Shown here: piece by piece, positions 47,140-64,000 of the stretch
Layout of the letters: every line of letters begins with the position of its first letter
Position numbering within the stretch: the first letter of the stretch is position 1
NCBI GenBank assembly: GCA_020137815.1
Contig: CM035355.1
Coordinates: 6,572,001 to 6,636,000, forward strand
Source of the DNA: Hormiphora californensis
Lineage: Eukaryota; Animalia; Ctenophora
Direction of reading: 5' to 3'
DNA: 64,000 bases
Program-made: the position numbers and the translations under genes
The notes under the pieces: generated by a model
The model's database searches: none
The model's input: only the letters and a program-made list of their open reading frames with translations
Told to the model about the DNA's origin: nothing

Positions 47140-47611
47140 TAATTAGTTTGAAGGACAATTATGAACTTTTTAGTACTTTTTAGTAGTAAAGCAACAATTA
47201 TTTTCACCGTGCAATAATTAAAATTGAGTCGTGATCTTACTATTATCATAAACTAAACTATTATTATAAAACAAGGAAGAGGGAAGAGATTGATCGATTA
47301 GAAAAGTAGGCGTGGAATTACTAGTGTGAAGTAGGACATCTGGCGGCACTGTATTGGAATATTTGATCCTTAGTTCAAGGCCTGGTCATAGATCACGTTA
47401 AGTATACAATTCACTATCCAGCCTAGTTTTTGCAGCTATAGCAGGTGCTCATGATGAGGCGCGGTGTGATGTTCGATAGCAAATGAGGGTGCTTGAACCA
47501 CTGCAGCAGTCGAGAAAAAGGAAGTGACGCCACTACCACACTGAGTTACGTGAAAAAGGGAGCTGGAGAGGGATCTTGTGGGAGAAGGGGATGTTGAGAG
47601 AGGGCGTGGGA

Positions 47612-47854
<243 letters not shown>

Positions 47855-49437
47855 ACAGATGGTTCGGATGGTACTTTTCAAGAGAGGGAAGTGTACTAAA
47901 TTACACGTGTCCAACTAACAGCTTTAACCCACTGCTTGGGAATTAATGGTAACTGAGTTGCAGCTCAATTCAATTATTGAAGAACAAGAGGGACCCATGT
48001 TAAGCGGTAAAAGTTAGGTAAAAGTTAGACCTGTTAGACCTGTTAAGCGGTAAAAGTTCAGCGCTGGTAATTTACTTAGAAATGTTTCGCCACATGACAC
48101 AAGTTATGTGAGGAGGGATCATGTGGGATCTATTACTCAACAGTGAGATGGGAACGACTCAACGAGGCATGAGTCCTTTCGTGTGCCTAATGAACAAACA
48201 TCTTGTATTTTATGAGGAACGAAAAGGGAAATGTCGCAGGCCACTACTAAATGCATGGGCTTTTTAGAAGTGACATGTCACTAAATAGAGCGCTTTTTAG
48301 GATACCGTATGAAGCAGCATGGTCGCTATATCACATTGTCATGCATTGAAATTATACTTCACGGAGTTTACAAGTGGCGGTTCACGTTTCATACAACAGT
48401 TCAGGCCATGCACTCTACTTTTTGGATGCAAGGAAGGCCCTTCCTGGAAGGGACTATTTCAGTGTGTTATAGAAGATGGTGCTGATGTGGGAATCATTCC
48501 AAAGTTTATTGTCCCCAGACTTGAACCTGGTAGTAAACATTGATTTCCAATAACACATATATGCATACAAATCTTGGCAGAGTTCAATAGAATCAGTTAA
48601 TTTATGGTGGAAGATATGAAGAAGAATATTAGGAACTGGCCGCCTAAAATGCCATGGGTAGAAACAATGGTTTTCAATTTTGAGATCCAGGTATTTTATT
48701 GGAATATTTGCCTGGCAGATCCGGGGCGAAACTTCCCGATAACATGGATAAGAATACCAATTACGTTAGCGTTGGATTCGTCTTGGAAAGTACTTTGAGA
48801 AAATCGTTGTCCTAGTTACGTCGTTTTAAACGGTCACTCCCTAAAGAATATGTTTGAATGACATCATCATTATTTTTCTTACTAACAGTATCCCGTGTAT
48901 GCGTATATGCAATCCTAATATTACTCCTTAATAAAAACCTGCATTGCTCCTTTATAAATACTCCTATTGACTCTGTTGGAGCAAGCATCTCGTTTTAACT
49001 GTTCGCTCTATTCACGTGTGTGCATAAATGCAGTGTGTGTGTGTGTGTGTTACTCGGAGGGATGTCCTTTGTAAAGTTAAGCAGAGATGAGGAAAATGTT
49101 AAAAAACTAGTCAGTGCAACTCTAGAGTAATACTGCAAATCGGTATAGGAGCTGTAGCTCATCTGGATTTCTTCAAATGCTTCGAAAACTGTGGTACACT
49201 GTATTGTATTGTTCTTAGCTTTTTTTCATGAGATACAAGTAGGTCACACCTTAGAACACCTTTTAGAGGCTTAGTTTTGTTTCGTCAGTTCTGACCTAGT
49301 ATCTGCTAAACAATGTACGCCATTGTATTGTTTCTTTTTCAATTGCAAATTGTGTATGACACATTGCTCCAATCGGTACTGCAACCAAGTTGGATCACCC
49401 CCATTGTGATCCAGATCTAGATATCATTAGTCTAGTT

Positions 49438-49546
49438 GAGGAACCGACCGAATCATGAAATACTGGTTTCTGATTGGCTGATAACCAGTCACGTGACCTA
49501 AATAACGAGTTCTGATTGGTTGTTTACTTGTTTCGGTCGGTTCCTG
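49438..49546. mobile_element. 109-bp hAT-like MITE
   Basis: TIR aggaaccgaccgaa / ttcggtcggttcct. 8-bp TSD gtctagtt at 49430-49437 and 49547-49554. Confidence 0.9.
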
Positions 49547-49575
49547 GTCTAGTTTAGTAGTTTCCACTAGATATC

Positions 49576-51346
49576 ATGGCAGCTGAACAACGAACCCAGG
49601 CGGCCTGGACGGACCCCATGGAGCCTCATCGAGGGTGGGCCATGGTCAGACACAATAGTGTCGTCTACAGGGATGCATCTGAGGTAAGAACTATACAACA
49701 CCAATACAACACCAATGTATAGACAGAAAACCACCTTTTAAGTACTGGACCTGGCGAGGTGCAAAGAATTTGGGCTCTCCTTCAACTCAAAGTTTGTTTC
49801 AGATATGGAGGTCAAATACTATCCACACCATCAACCACATTAGGAAGAGAATGGTAAGGTATAGCTCAAACTAGCTGACTAGCACGGCATTTCATGCTGT
49901 GTTCGTGCTTCCGCACGTTTAGAATAAATAGAAATTATGAACAATTCAACATGTTACAAGCACAATTTGTTCCAGCCTTCTTCTTGTTCGACGTTCGTCT
50001 TTGATCAATTAAAACAAATTCATATATGTAATGTCGAACAAATTCTTTACTGTGGGTTACGGCAAAGCAAAACCAACGAGAATTGAGTACCAGGGGACAA
50101 TTAATTGTGCTCCCTCTCTCTTCCCCCTCTCTCTCTCTCTACACGGTAGTTAGTTCGATCCATTATATACATAAAGTTCTAGGTATATGTCATGGTATTA
50201 AACAGGGGTGGAGCCAGTGGTTGTTTTGCTAAACACTGCCTTTGATCTTTCTGTCGTCATGGAATTGCATCGCGCTAGATAAGATTGGCGTTTTGCCAAC
50301 ATTGGCTCTTAATTGGAGATCAAGTTTCTTATCATGATCTTTGTAAAAAGCCTAATGACCTCCGTGCATTTAAAGCCGTTTATCTTTCCACATCACTTGA
50401 AGTGGTAGCAAGCTTCAAATATTATTCAAATTGAAAACAATAGGACGAAATTGAAAACAATAGAACGAAATGGGAAGGATAAAATAGGGCGTGAGTTTGT
50501 GGGGTTTTCCTTTTCTATTCGTCACGCCAAATTGTGCCGCATCACATCTTGCCATGCAGTGTTCAACATGGGGCTGCAGGGAAAACCTCCCCGCAGGATT
50601 GGTGTCTCATCCATGGGTCTCAATTAATTCCTATACATAGTTCTCTAATATAAAACAGAGGTATAGTGGATGGGCCATTGAAGGCACTAAATGCCGCAAC
50701 CTTTGTGGGCGCCAGTAGATTAATTTACTACCCGTGAATAACACATTCTAGGGGATATAATTTAAGAGGGGCGTTTGCCAAAAAGTTTTTGAAACTCTTG
50801 ATGTAGCCTCTACTCATTTCCCCTTAGCCTCTACCAATCAGATCATGATCCCTCGTGCAGCATTCAGTAACGCGTGTAGCATGATATTATATCATATAGT
50901 GATCAATATAGTGATCAATAATTCACGTGTATTATTTTGGAAAAGAGGTTTAAAATAATTATAGTGATAACAATCACGTGTATGTTACAGATGGACATAT
51001 TTAAAAAGTACCCGGACCTATATGAGGAGATGATAGAGGAAAAGAAAGATGCTGAAATGCTGTCTTTGTACAAATCAATGCAACCAACTGTATCAGGTAA
51101 GTGAGAGATATATTCCCCGAGTTTAATTGAAGCATAATTATTCTTTTATTCGTGAGAGATTCGGTTACTATTTTATGCTGTTTTGGGAGACCAAAGTTAT
51201 ATCAACGTCTGGAGATTCTTAGATGTTCGACTTAATTTCAGCCCCTAATTTCAGATGTCGCAGTTAAGCCCACCGTCAGTAAGGATATCCCAAAGGTCAC
51301 ATATACATCAGATGGGAAGTCCAAGTTCCTGTACCCTCACTATTAG
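49576..51346 (+). CDS. Small unknown protein (~118 aa), 4 exons
   Basis: In-phase GT-AG exons 49576-49683, 49803-49853, 50991-51096 and 51255-51346 (MAAEQRTQAAW...KSKFLYPHY*). Confidence 0.6.
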
Positions 51347-52229
51347 CACACGGGATAGGTGATAAAGTTTGGGCAATTGTTAAGAGGTGACCTCTCTCAT
51401 ACGCAATATTGGAGGAAGGATGATTCCATGTTTGAAGAAGGATTCAGAATTGCAAATTCTTGTTTGCAGTGTGTTCACAGGAACATATTATGCTCGTTGG
51501 AAACATTGTTTTTTGTTCATGCTATACACAACTAACGATTTTGCAGAAACAATTTCTTAGGATGTTAATTTATTACTTAGTTCTATTTTTTACACTAAAT
51601 CCATTTGAGTTCTTGTGTTTTTGTCAACCAAATTTTCACGATTTCCATTCATTGCCTTCCTCTTTTTCATGTATATTTCCACGTGGTCTTGGCTGCTGTC
51701 TGCAGCGCCCAATTTCCAATACCCCGTCATATACCCCGCTGTACACACAAACTATCTCAAAAAGTCTCCCTTGTGTGTATACATTTAGAGTGTGTTGTTA
51801 TATATTGTGAGTAGGTAATTGACCTTTGTCATGACAGTGACATGATACGATGGTTCTTTGCTTTGTCACTTGTCATAGTCGCCGTATCAGCGCTTTATAA
51901 ATGCGGGGAGGATAGAACGTAGGTTGATGTTGCGGCTCATACCGCATTATATTGATGTGTTTCTTGTTTGTTGTTCTACCAGACCCTTCTCTGCTTTGAA
52001 GAGGGATCGGGTACAGACTAAACAAGATTGTTGTACAATTCATACTTCTGTCTGCTATAATACTGGAATGTCGCATGATGCAGTCTGATAAATTGTGTTT
52101 TGAGATCTTATAGGGGTTGATAAGTTGTAAATAAGACGAAAATTAGCCTAGATAGTAGATAGTTCTCTTATATGTTCCACTTTTTATGTTCCACTTCTTC
52201 CTATTCTTCCACCTGTATATTATCTGCAG

Positions 52230-54413
52230 GTGCTCAGGGAAGGATACTTGTTGCAACGTTAAGAGCTTTTTCAACGTTTGCTGCCCTCAGAAAAGCACAT
52301 GTTGTGCCAACAAAAACAAGGTAAAATAACGAGTTATATTTAGTTGCTAGGGCCCCTCTTTTTTTAAATTAAAATTTGTTGAGTAACTCAGCAAATTAAA
52401 ATAGGGTACGAGTAGTAGAGTTCACCGTTAAATTCATTCCGAGTTTGTCTAGAGGGGGTTTTAAACATCAAACAGCAAACTCTTGCCTTGATCATCTTAA
52501 ATAATTTGAAATGGGAATGGGACACAAGTTTGTCACAAAGTTTACAGTTCATCATGCATGATTGGAGCGCGCATGACAAGTTTCCTGTGACTTTCCGCGC
52601 GTGAGTGGGGCAACCGTGGGAAAATCACAGTTCTGAAAGTCAGCATTTCCGATCCCGGAAACTTCCAGGATTGCCTCATTTCCTACCATCCTCAGGCAAA
52701 GTGTTGCGGACCCCTTGATACATGTTGTAGCAACCCGAAATACAGGGGAGTAGCGTGCTGCCCACATAATTACAGGTAATTAGGTCGTTTGAAAATTGGG
52801 TACGGTCCCCCTCATTTTACATCTCTTCCAATTCTCTCCAATACACTTTGAAATAAAAAAGGGGGAGGGTACATCGCACTCAAGTTTGAAAAGCGGGATT
52901 TAGTTTTCAAGATTGAACCCAAATTTAACTTGTCGCGAATAGAGGTGCCCAAAATTTTAACATCCTCCCTCTCCCCAGATGTTGTGGTGCGGGTAGGTAC
53001 GGTGGTTTGAGGAACACCTGCTGTTACCAGGTCCCTGTGTGGCTATGGATCATCATGGGTCTATCTCTATCCCTCATTCTCCTAATGCTACTACTCTCCT
53101 TGGTGGAGTGCATTCTAGAGGAACGAGCAGCTAGTACTGAACGTGAGTGGGTCGAGAAGTGCCGAGCTTTATTCTCGTTTTACCAGATCACAAGTTTTCT
53201 TTCTCATGCTATTATACCCAGATTCTGTTCCCGTAACTACCTATCTCACTTGCTGTTTTTGAAAGAAAAGAGAATAGGGCCAGGCCAATGCTTTGACAGT
53301 ATTTGTCATGCTCGCATTGACCCTCCTCTTTCCACCAGGTTCAGGCAGCTACAACACGAGCTACTACGGTGCCCAATACCACGACTACGGCACATACCCC
53401 GCCTACAACACTGGTAACCTATATAACGACCCAGTCCCGCCCCAGACCTCCTACACAACTCCCCCACCCAACTACTCGGCAACCCCTCCCCCGGGGTACG
53501 AGGAGAGTAACAGTGGTAGTGGGGATGGGGCGAGGCAGCGGGCTGGGGATCAGGGAACTACTGAGGTGGTTGAGGATGAGAGTGTGACAGTTAGTGAGGA
53601 TGTTACTAGTGTGGATGTTGTGGATGAGGTAGTTGTGGATACTCCACAAAACTCCACACCACCACAACAAGAGGAGGAGGAGGTTGTGAGGGAGGTTCAC
53701 TCTCCCATGGGGAATATGTGGGAAAAGTATTTGAGGAGGTCTCTGAAGAGGAAAGGGAAAAAGAAAAAGCAGGGGGATGTAGCAGATCAGGAGCATTGTA
53801 CTTCTACACCAGACTTGTTAGGGTAAGTTGTTTTCTCCAGTCATCTTGTGTAGCTCACACCGCACTTTATTTCGGTAGAGCAACTGCCATCCAATCAATA
53901 TTTCTCAGCAGCTGGAGTATCAGATCCTAACCCCTTATAGTTATAACCCCAGCTTTCTCTCTCTCCAGTGCCAGCAGTTCGCGAGTAACAGTGGACAGCG
54001 GGATAGTTGAAAGTGACGATGGTAGCGATGAGATTAGTTCCATTCACTGGTCCTCTTGGGAAGATGATGTTGAGCTCGATCTCGGCAGACAGGTACGGAA
54101 CGGAGAGTTAGGAAATCAGACAAACAGACAAGTTGATCATACCAAACGGTTCAAACACACTCGGAGCAGGTTTTTTGAGGTATAAACTTTAAACATTTGT
54201 GAGCAAGATTGTACTACAATCTTGATCCAAAATGTCTGATTCAAAATGACTGAAACTTCTACACTTTGTCTACCTATTTAACATCTCTAGGTTGTTTACG
54301 AACTGAAACCACTGGACACATCTGCCACTGTTCCAAGACTACAGACAATAATTGACAAACAAACAAACCAACGGACAGATAATAGTAGTAGTTTTAGTAA
54401 TAGCCAACAATAA
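52230..54413 (+). CDS. Cys-rich single-pass membrane protein with PPxY motifs (WBP1/VOPP1/Shisa-like architecture), paralog 1; 5' end not resolved
   Basis: CC-repeat exons at ~52230-52320 and ~52979, TM VPVWLWIIMGLSLSLILLMLLLSLV, cytoplasmic PPNY and PPGY. Confidence 0.65.
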
Positions 54414-54644
54414 GTGTGGTGATATAACTGTGGCCCTGCCCTGTTTTTGTGTTTTTTTGGGTGTGCGAGTTTTTTGTTAGGGATTTTGTTAGGGATTTGT
54501 TTGATTGTTGACTTTGGTCGAACTTGACTGACCTTGGATATTCGATATCTAGTTATTCTATAGAGGCTAACATCAACCATTTCTCTGTATAGCATTCATC
54601 ATGCCGGATAGTGTGATATCTGGACATCATGGATGAGTGGTATA

Positions 54645-57600
54645 ATGAGGAACAGCGTTCTCCTAGCCACCCTTCTAGCCCTTGTGGCTATCACTCAGGT
54701 AATGCCATTATCCATCGGGTTCAGGGTTTCAGGGTTAGGAGTATTAGGATAAGAAAGGGATATCTTCTAGGCGTTTTGTTCAATATAAACCAGTTATATT
54801 TTGATTGATTTCATTGACAACTCCCTCCCTCCCACACATTGACAACTCCCTCCCTCCCACACATTGACAACTCCCTCCCTCCCACACATTGACAACTCCC
54901 TCCCTCCCACACATTGACAACTCCCTCCCTCCCACACATTGACAACTCCCTCTCTCCCACACATTGACAACTCCCTCTCTCCCACACATTGACAACTCCC
55001 TCCCTCCCACACATTGACAACTCCCTCTCTCCCACACATTGACAACTCCCTCCCTCCCACACATTGACAACTCCCTCCCTCCCACACATTGACAACTCCC
55101 TCCCTCCCACACATTGACAACTCCCTCTCTCCCACACATTGACAACTCCCTCCCTCCCACACATTGACAACTCCCTCCCTCCCACACATTGACAACTCCC
55201 TCCCTCCCACACATTGACAACTCCCTCCCTTCCACACATTGACAACTCCCTCCCTCCCACACATTGACAACTCCCTCCCTCCCACACATTGACAACTCCC
55301 TCCCTCCCACACATTGACAACTCCCTCTCTCCCACACATTGACAACTCCCTCCCTCCCACACATTGACAACTCCCTCTCTCCCACACATTGACAACTCCC
55401 TCCCTCCCACACATTGACAACTCCCTCTCTCCCACACATTGACAACTCCCTCCCTCCCACACATTGACAACTCCCTCCCTCCCACACATTGACAACTCCC
55501 TCCCTCCCACACCTTGACAACTCCCTCCCTCCCACACCTTGACAACTCCCTCCCTTCCACACATTGACAACTCCCTCCCTCCCACACATTGACAACTCCC
55601 TCTCTCCCACACCTTGACAACTCCCTCCCTCCCACACATTGACAACTCCCTCTCTCCCACACCTTGACAACTCCCTCCCTCCCACACATTGACAACTCCC
55701 TCTCTCCCACACCTTGACAACTCCCTCCCTTCCACACAGACTAGCGGGTACAGATGTGATAGAACAGGATCGTAAGTTCAATATCGTCCAACATCTTTTG
55801 TAGCATGTTTGTTTGTTTTTATAGTTTGTAGCATATTTGGTTGTTTTTGTGTATTAGGTATAGGCTTTTTTGAATGTATTCAAAACTCGCCAGTACAGTG
55901 TATTATAGTGTGCAACCCCAGCACGGTACTACTGCAGCAGATAGGGTAAACTATTGGTTTTGAGTTTTACAACAATTCATCTACCTAGTTAGATTTCTTT
56001 TACCCATGATGGAAAATCTGAAACCTGATGTCTCTCCTACCCCCAGCTCACAATGATGCCTTTGTAACACACCCCAGCACTACCCACGATCCCCTCTAAT
56101 TCACAATCACCCCCCTGTGTTCTCTAGTTGCTCAGCGACAGACCAGTGCTGTAACGCATACACTCCCTGGAGCAAGTGCTGCCAGAACTCTGCTAAATGC
56201 TGCTACCACCACCACTGGACAGCATGCTGCGGGCCACTAGATGAGTGCTGCTGGGGTGTCCATTACCGGGGAATAGCCTGCTGCCCACCCGGGTTTACCT
56301 GTTGTGGTGTGGGAAGGAGACAGAGAAGAGCAGGGTGCTGTTGGATTACACCACTCTGGATCTGGTAGGAGGAGAGAGGGGATGGGATGGGGTTGGGGGA
56401 GGGTAGGTGGGGAGGGGTGGAGACAGAGAAGAGCAGGGTGCTGTTGGATTACACCACTCTGGATCTGGTAGGAGGAGGGAGGGGTGGGGAGGGGATGGGG
56501 GAGGGTAGGTGGGGAGGGGTGGAGACAGAGAAGAGCCGGGTGCTGTTGGATTACACCACTATGGATCTGGTAGGAGGAGAGAGGGGTGGGGAGGGGATGG
56601 GGTTGGGGAGGGTAGGTGGGGAGGGGTGGGGATAGTGGGAAGGGAGAGAGGACGTTGAAAGGAGGGTTGTGGTCTGGGGAGTAGGCCGTAGTGGTAGGTC
56701 AATAGATGGGTAAGTGCAAGTGGAAGGTTCAGGGTTGGGAGGGGGTTACTGGTTGGTGGAAAAGGGAGGTGCCCAATGGGTAATAATAATGCAGTGTTTT
56801 GAAGCAGCAAAAAGAACCCCTGTTTTGTACCCAGACAGACCACAGAAAACCAGCCATTATTTATCAGACACCCCAGCAGCGACAACATGGTGGCCCACAT
56901 CAGCAGTTGTGTCTACACAGTACACACTTATCAATCATCATGTACCATTTTATATAACAGAGATTCGGCAATCAGCTTCTAAACCCTCGATCCTACTTCA
57001 GATGTCCCATGTATGAGGAGGGAAAGTGTTGTAACCCCCACTTATTCTACGGAGTCTGTTGCCCCCAATCCGGAACATGCTGCTACCACGGCCGGAAGAA
57101 CCTGTGTTGCCAGCCCGGGGAACCGTGCTGCTGGAACAAGAGAAGGGACACTGTTATGTGCTGTAGGAAGGGTTTGGTGTGTTGTCCGGATAGGAAACGA
57201 GGTTCTTGCTGCTTCAAAACACCCATTATACTTTGGTTAGTGGGAGAGGTTGGATGGGGATTGTGTTGTGGGTTAGTGGACCCTGGGTGACTGGCGACGG
57301 GGGTGTTGTGGTTGGATGGCTGGAGCGAGGTGGGGGTGCAGTGTTGCTATCAGTATTTTAGTGGGGCCGGGGGACAGAGAAGGTGGTTGTTGGTTGAGTA
57401 TTGAGAACGATCAACCCAACCTCCAATTTCCCCAATTCCCCATCTCCCCAGGATACTGCTAGGTTTGTGTGTCGGTGTGATTGTAGTCCTACTCCTGATA
57501 TCAATCTACCAATGCGCTATGGAGGAGTATGCAGAATACCAGCATCAGAGAGAGTCTGGATCTTTGCCAAACGATAACCCTTGGTACTACTATGATTATG

Positions 57601-59805
57601 GTAGGTGTAGTAATGAGTGTTTATGGTACGAAACTGAAATGTAGTAGAACTTAAAACTAGTCCCGATTTGAGACATCAGATATATCTTCTCTTGTTTCGT
57701 TACTGCGTTCCCAGCTCTGGCCTTTCCTTTGGTTTGTAAATACCAGCCAACTCTCATAATCTCAGCCAGTCTAAACAGATCTAACCAAACCTTTCCATAT
57801 TTCTCAGGCAGTACGATAAATCGAGATAGAGGTCCCGGTAGTGCCTCGACACGGAACCCACCGACCTATGAGCCACCACCCACCTATACAGACACAAGAT
57901 CGCGTCCTGGTACTGCCAATAGTAGGGCTAGCACGAGAAATGGAGGGCGACCCAAACCACCAACACCCCAGAATAACGGTGGAACAAACCGGGTAGGTGA
58001 AGGGAAATATATCCGGGGGATTTTTATTTTGAATTTCCTTGTCCGGCTTGTTGAGTTATATTAGAGTGATCCATAATGATTTTCAATCGTCCCTTCTGAG
58101 TCCACATTGATACTGGGGACCAAAAAATTTTACAGAAGCGATCAGTTTGGACAATTTTGGAACCCATTGACTATGTTTGAAGTTCATAATGGTTTTACGT
58201 AACCGGTGACGGACAGTTTCTGAAGTTCAGCTTTTTTGCGGTCTACATGCCCAAAAATCAGATCTCAATGTTAGCCTTGTAGAAGCCGTCAACAGATACA
58301 GATCGACTCAGGGCTCCTTGTAGGGCTAGAATGACCTCTTTTGAGGATATTTGAGGAAAATCAAGTTCTTCCGATTTTCACCCTTGATTTTGTGGGCTAT
58401 TTTTAGATTTCAGTCAAAAAGCGCTTTTTCCACTTTGAATTGCTGTCGCCCTGGATCTAGTCGGTCTTTTGTCAAGATTTAGCGCTCAAAATAAGAATTA
58501 AACCATGCTCTAAATGATCCTTAAGTTTATTTATGGTTTTGAGTGTCTTTGAAGGTCTAAAATTGAAGTTGAAAAAAGTCGCCCAAAAACGGGCAAATTT
58601 TTCTGGCTTTTGGGGCCATATTTTGAGCAATTATTAGCCCCCTACTCCAATCCCGCAACTTTTTCGGTCCAAATTTGGTTGTTTGCCATAACAACTGATA
58701 GAATGGACTACTTCATGTGCAAAATTGCCAAGTTAGACTGTTTTTCGCACGCCCCAAATGTAAAGGGAGGGTTAGAACATAACAAGTGCAAAATAGGTCA
58801 TTTCCCAAAATTTTTGCTTCCATTTTGACAATTTTTTGGAAAGTGAGACGGTATTTTGGTCAACCACTTGGAAATGGGGTGTAGCCTTGAGAAAAAAGTT
58901 TACCAGGTCTTTACTAAGGATGTTAGGAGACCGAAATTGTGTCAGGAACAAGATCCTATAAAAATTTTATGGCCCCGATAAACATGAAGCAAAAAAATCG
59001 CAATTGAAAATCATTATGGATCATTCTAATATTACTCAACAATGTCCGGCGAGGTGAACCAAATTCAATTTCACTTTATATACTTTATTTTACTTTATTT
59101 TACTACCTTCAAGGTAGTACCTTGTTCCACGAACAAAGTTCAGTGTGTTTACCGGTCACCTAACCGCTTCCTATTATACCACATCGTAACCACTTTAACC
59201 ACTTGCTAACCACTTCAACCGCAGACTGCGGCGGCTGTTAGTAGAACGGGCAGCGTGTATTTCAGCTCCCACGATGCAGATAGCGAATATGGGAGCGTAC
59301 AGAGTGAACCCTTCTCCGCTCCCGCTCCAGGTACCAAACTGACCATATATGGGCATATCGACCAAGTAATACTGTTGTCATGGTAACAACTAATTCTCCC
59401 TACAGAGACCCTGTTTGCAGTACCTCGTCTGCAGAGGATGCTGTGCAGCACAGACGAGTGTCTGGTAGATGATGGATCATGTATACACTGTATGGACAAG
59501 GTAAGATGATGATGTGATCTGACCCCAGACCACGTCCAATTAGGATCGGGGATCTTAGGATCCTGGTTGTGATGATAAGAGGGTTACCCCGATCTGGGAA
59601 TTCTAACTAACTGTAACCGTTTCTATTCCCCCAGGAACCCACGGGAGACCTCCAAACCGACAACCAATCATTACCCGGGGAAGAAACAAACGACCAATCA
59701 TCTACGGAGTTAGAAGAACGAATAATAGACTCAGACACTGTCACAAATCATGCAAAACATAGGGCGGAACAAAACTCTATCCGCGTTCAATCGTCTTTCA
59801 ACTAG
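54645..59805 (+). CDS. Cys-rich single-pass PPxY membrane protein, paralog 2, multi-exon
   Basis: Signal exon MRNSVLLATLLALVAITQ, CC-rich exons 56128-56364 and 57002-57235, TM exon 57452-57600, PPTYEPPPTY exon at ~57808. 3' end approximate. Confidence 0.65.
54812..55737. repeat. 25-bp minisatellite (ttgacaactccctccctcccacaca), ~37 copies, intronic
   Basis: Exact 25-nt periodicity. Confidence 0.97.
56317..56630 (+). repeat. ~102-bp tandem triplication spanning an exon 3' end and donor site
   Basis: ggagacagagaagagcagggtgctgttggattacaccactctggatctggtaggagg occurs three times. Confidence 0.85.
58048..59042. mobile_element. 995-bp non-autonomous TIR element, 8-bp TSD
   Basis: ~40-bp imperfect TIRs ttgttgagt...gattttcaat. 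TSD tgtccggc at 58040-58047 and 59043-59050. Confidence 0.9.
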
Positions 59806-60384
59806 TCGAGCTCACACCGGAGAGAATTTGAAATTTTGTCTCAAATCTGATCGGTCCAACAAGATATTGTTTGAGAAGAATGGCCCTTCAATCAAACATT
59901 GTCCAAGATGTGGCATAACTCTTCAAGAGGAAAGGAGGTTGAAATCGTCATCATCAGAGAGCGCTAGATCTGATATCAGTGAGAGGTGATCCGCTCCTAG
60001 TCCTCGACCGAGACTTTCTGATAAACCTGTGGGAAATGGGAGATTAGCATTGTCAGAATTGTCATTGAGATTGTTTTTTTTTTCAGCCAAAACAATTAGA
60101 AACGAGTTAATTATAAACGAGTCACCAGGAAGGGTATACAGCACTCTAACTTACTAATATTTTTGTCCTGTTTGTAAGTGGACGAAGTTGAAATGTCCAC
60201 TGTGTCCTCAACACCAGACAACAAACTCAAATCATCCGAAACTGAAAATTAGAATCGTTTTTGATGTTGTTTTATACACTCTGGAGGAGCAAGGCTGTTT
60301 GGCTCAATTTAATATGTGATGCTTTGTTTCTTTCTGTACATATTTCATGTTTCATGTTTACCGAATGATAAGTTATTATCGTGG

Positions 60385-63349
<2,965 letters not shown>

Positions 63350-63581
63350 AAAATTCCAATCAGACAAATTGCAATTAATTACAACACATTAAAAAGTACA
63401 AGATATATCTTAGAGACCGGGCTGTACAAAAAATCGATGAAATACAGAAAGAATTCATAGACATGTTTGACGTTAGCAAAAAAGTATTGGCTGACAGAAA
63501 AAGGGGTATCAGGTGAAATTCAGTACGCACACATATTTTAGTTGTCAACGTCAGGGCACTCTGTAACTACTCACTAACAAA

Positions 63582-63882
63582 CAGGGGTGTAGGAATGATT
63601 TTTCAAGTGAGGGGGCGAAGTCACGTGACCAATTACAGCGCTGGTCAGCGCCCAAGAAAATTTTTTGTGAGCAAGATTTAGCCACCTATTCCATTGCATT
63701 TACTATACATCGGGCGGAGCGACAGCGGAGCCCGAGAAAATTTTTAGGGTTTTGAGCCAAAAAGTCATGATTTCGTCATTTGGGAGTGAGTGTTGACTGT
63801 TGGCGACAAAAGTGAGGGGGCGAACCTGGCCAAAAGTGGGGGGGCGGCCGCCCCCCTCGCCCCCCCTATTCCTACACCCCTG
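63582..63882. mobile_element. 301-bp hAT-like MITE
   Basis: TIR caggggtgtaggaat / attcctacacccctg with 8-bp TSD ctaacaaa. Confidence 0.92.
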
Positions 63883-64000
63883 CTAACAAAATATTCAACT
63901 CAATACCCAGATATATATGAGAGAGTGTGTATACTGGAAGTGTTTCATATAACTTTGAATGATAGAATCCTAGGTTGACGATTGGTGTTTAGCTTTGAAT

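Noticed and set aside
54780-55781. 300+ aa ORFs in three - frames
   Set aside because: Translation of a 25-bp intronic minisatellite.
59750-59989. Possible extra +1 shift extending the last exon of membrane paralog 2
   Set aside because: The ORF is in the +1 frame, but no homology or motif shows that it is coding.

Overview
Eukaryotic (animal) genomic DNA, most likely a pleurobrachiid ctenophore. This is inferred from the repeat families and gene style and was not verified. From ~3.6 to 32.1 kb lies an uninterrupted run of about 12 minus-strand genes, mostly intronless and usually only ~160-640 bp apart. Nearly all have a splice acceptor just before the ATG, which suggests a trans-spliced operon. 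The genes are LENG8, three related Cys/His zinc-module genes, LSG1, CPPED1 (plus a truncated duplicate), a TOX4-like HMG gene and four tandem ELAV-like RRM genes. The most striking signal is that three otherwise intact genes are broken by about 14 frame changes that can all be read as +1 shifts, with no in-frame stops in the repaired reading. This points to pervasive +1 recoding, single-base deletion editing, or insertion-biased sequencing error. A homopolymer-garbled stretch at 43.65-44.13 kb shows that error is a real possibility. The right half holds a lectin-domain gene, a frameshifted GPCR, an MFS transporter, two Cys-rich PPxY membrane-protein paralogs and a coiled-coil gene. It also carries many MITEs with clear TIRs and TSDs, minisatellites and (GA)n tracts. 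No rRNA, tRNA or CRISPR was seen.
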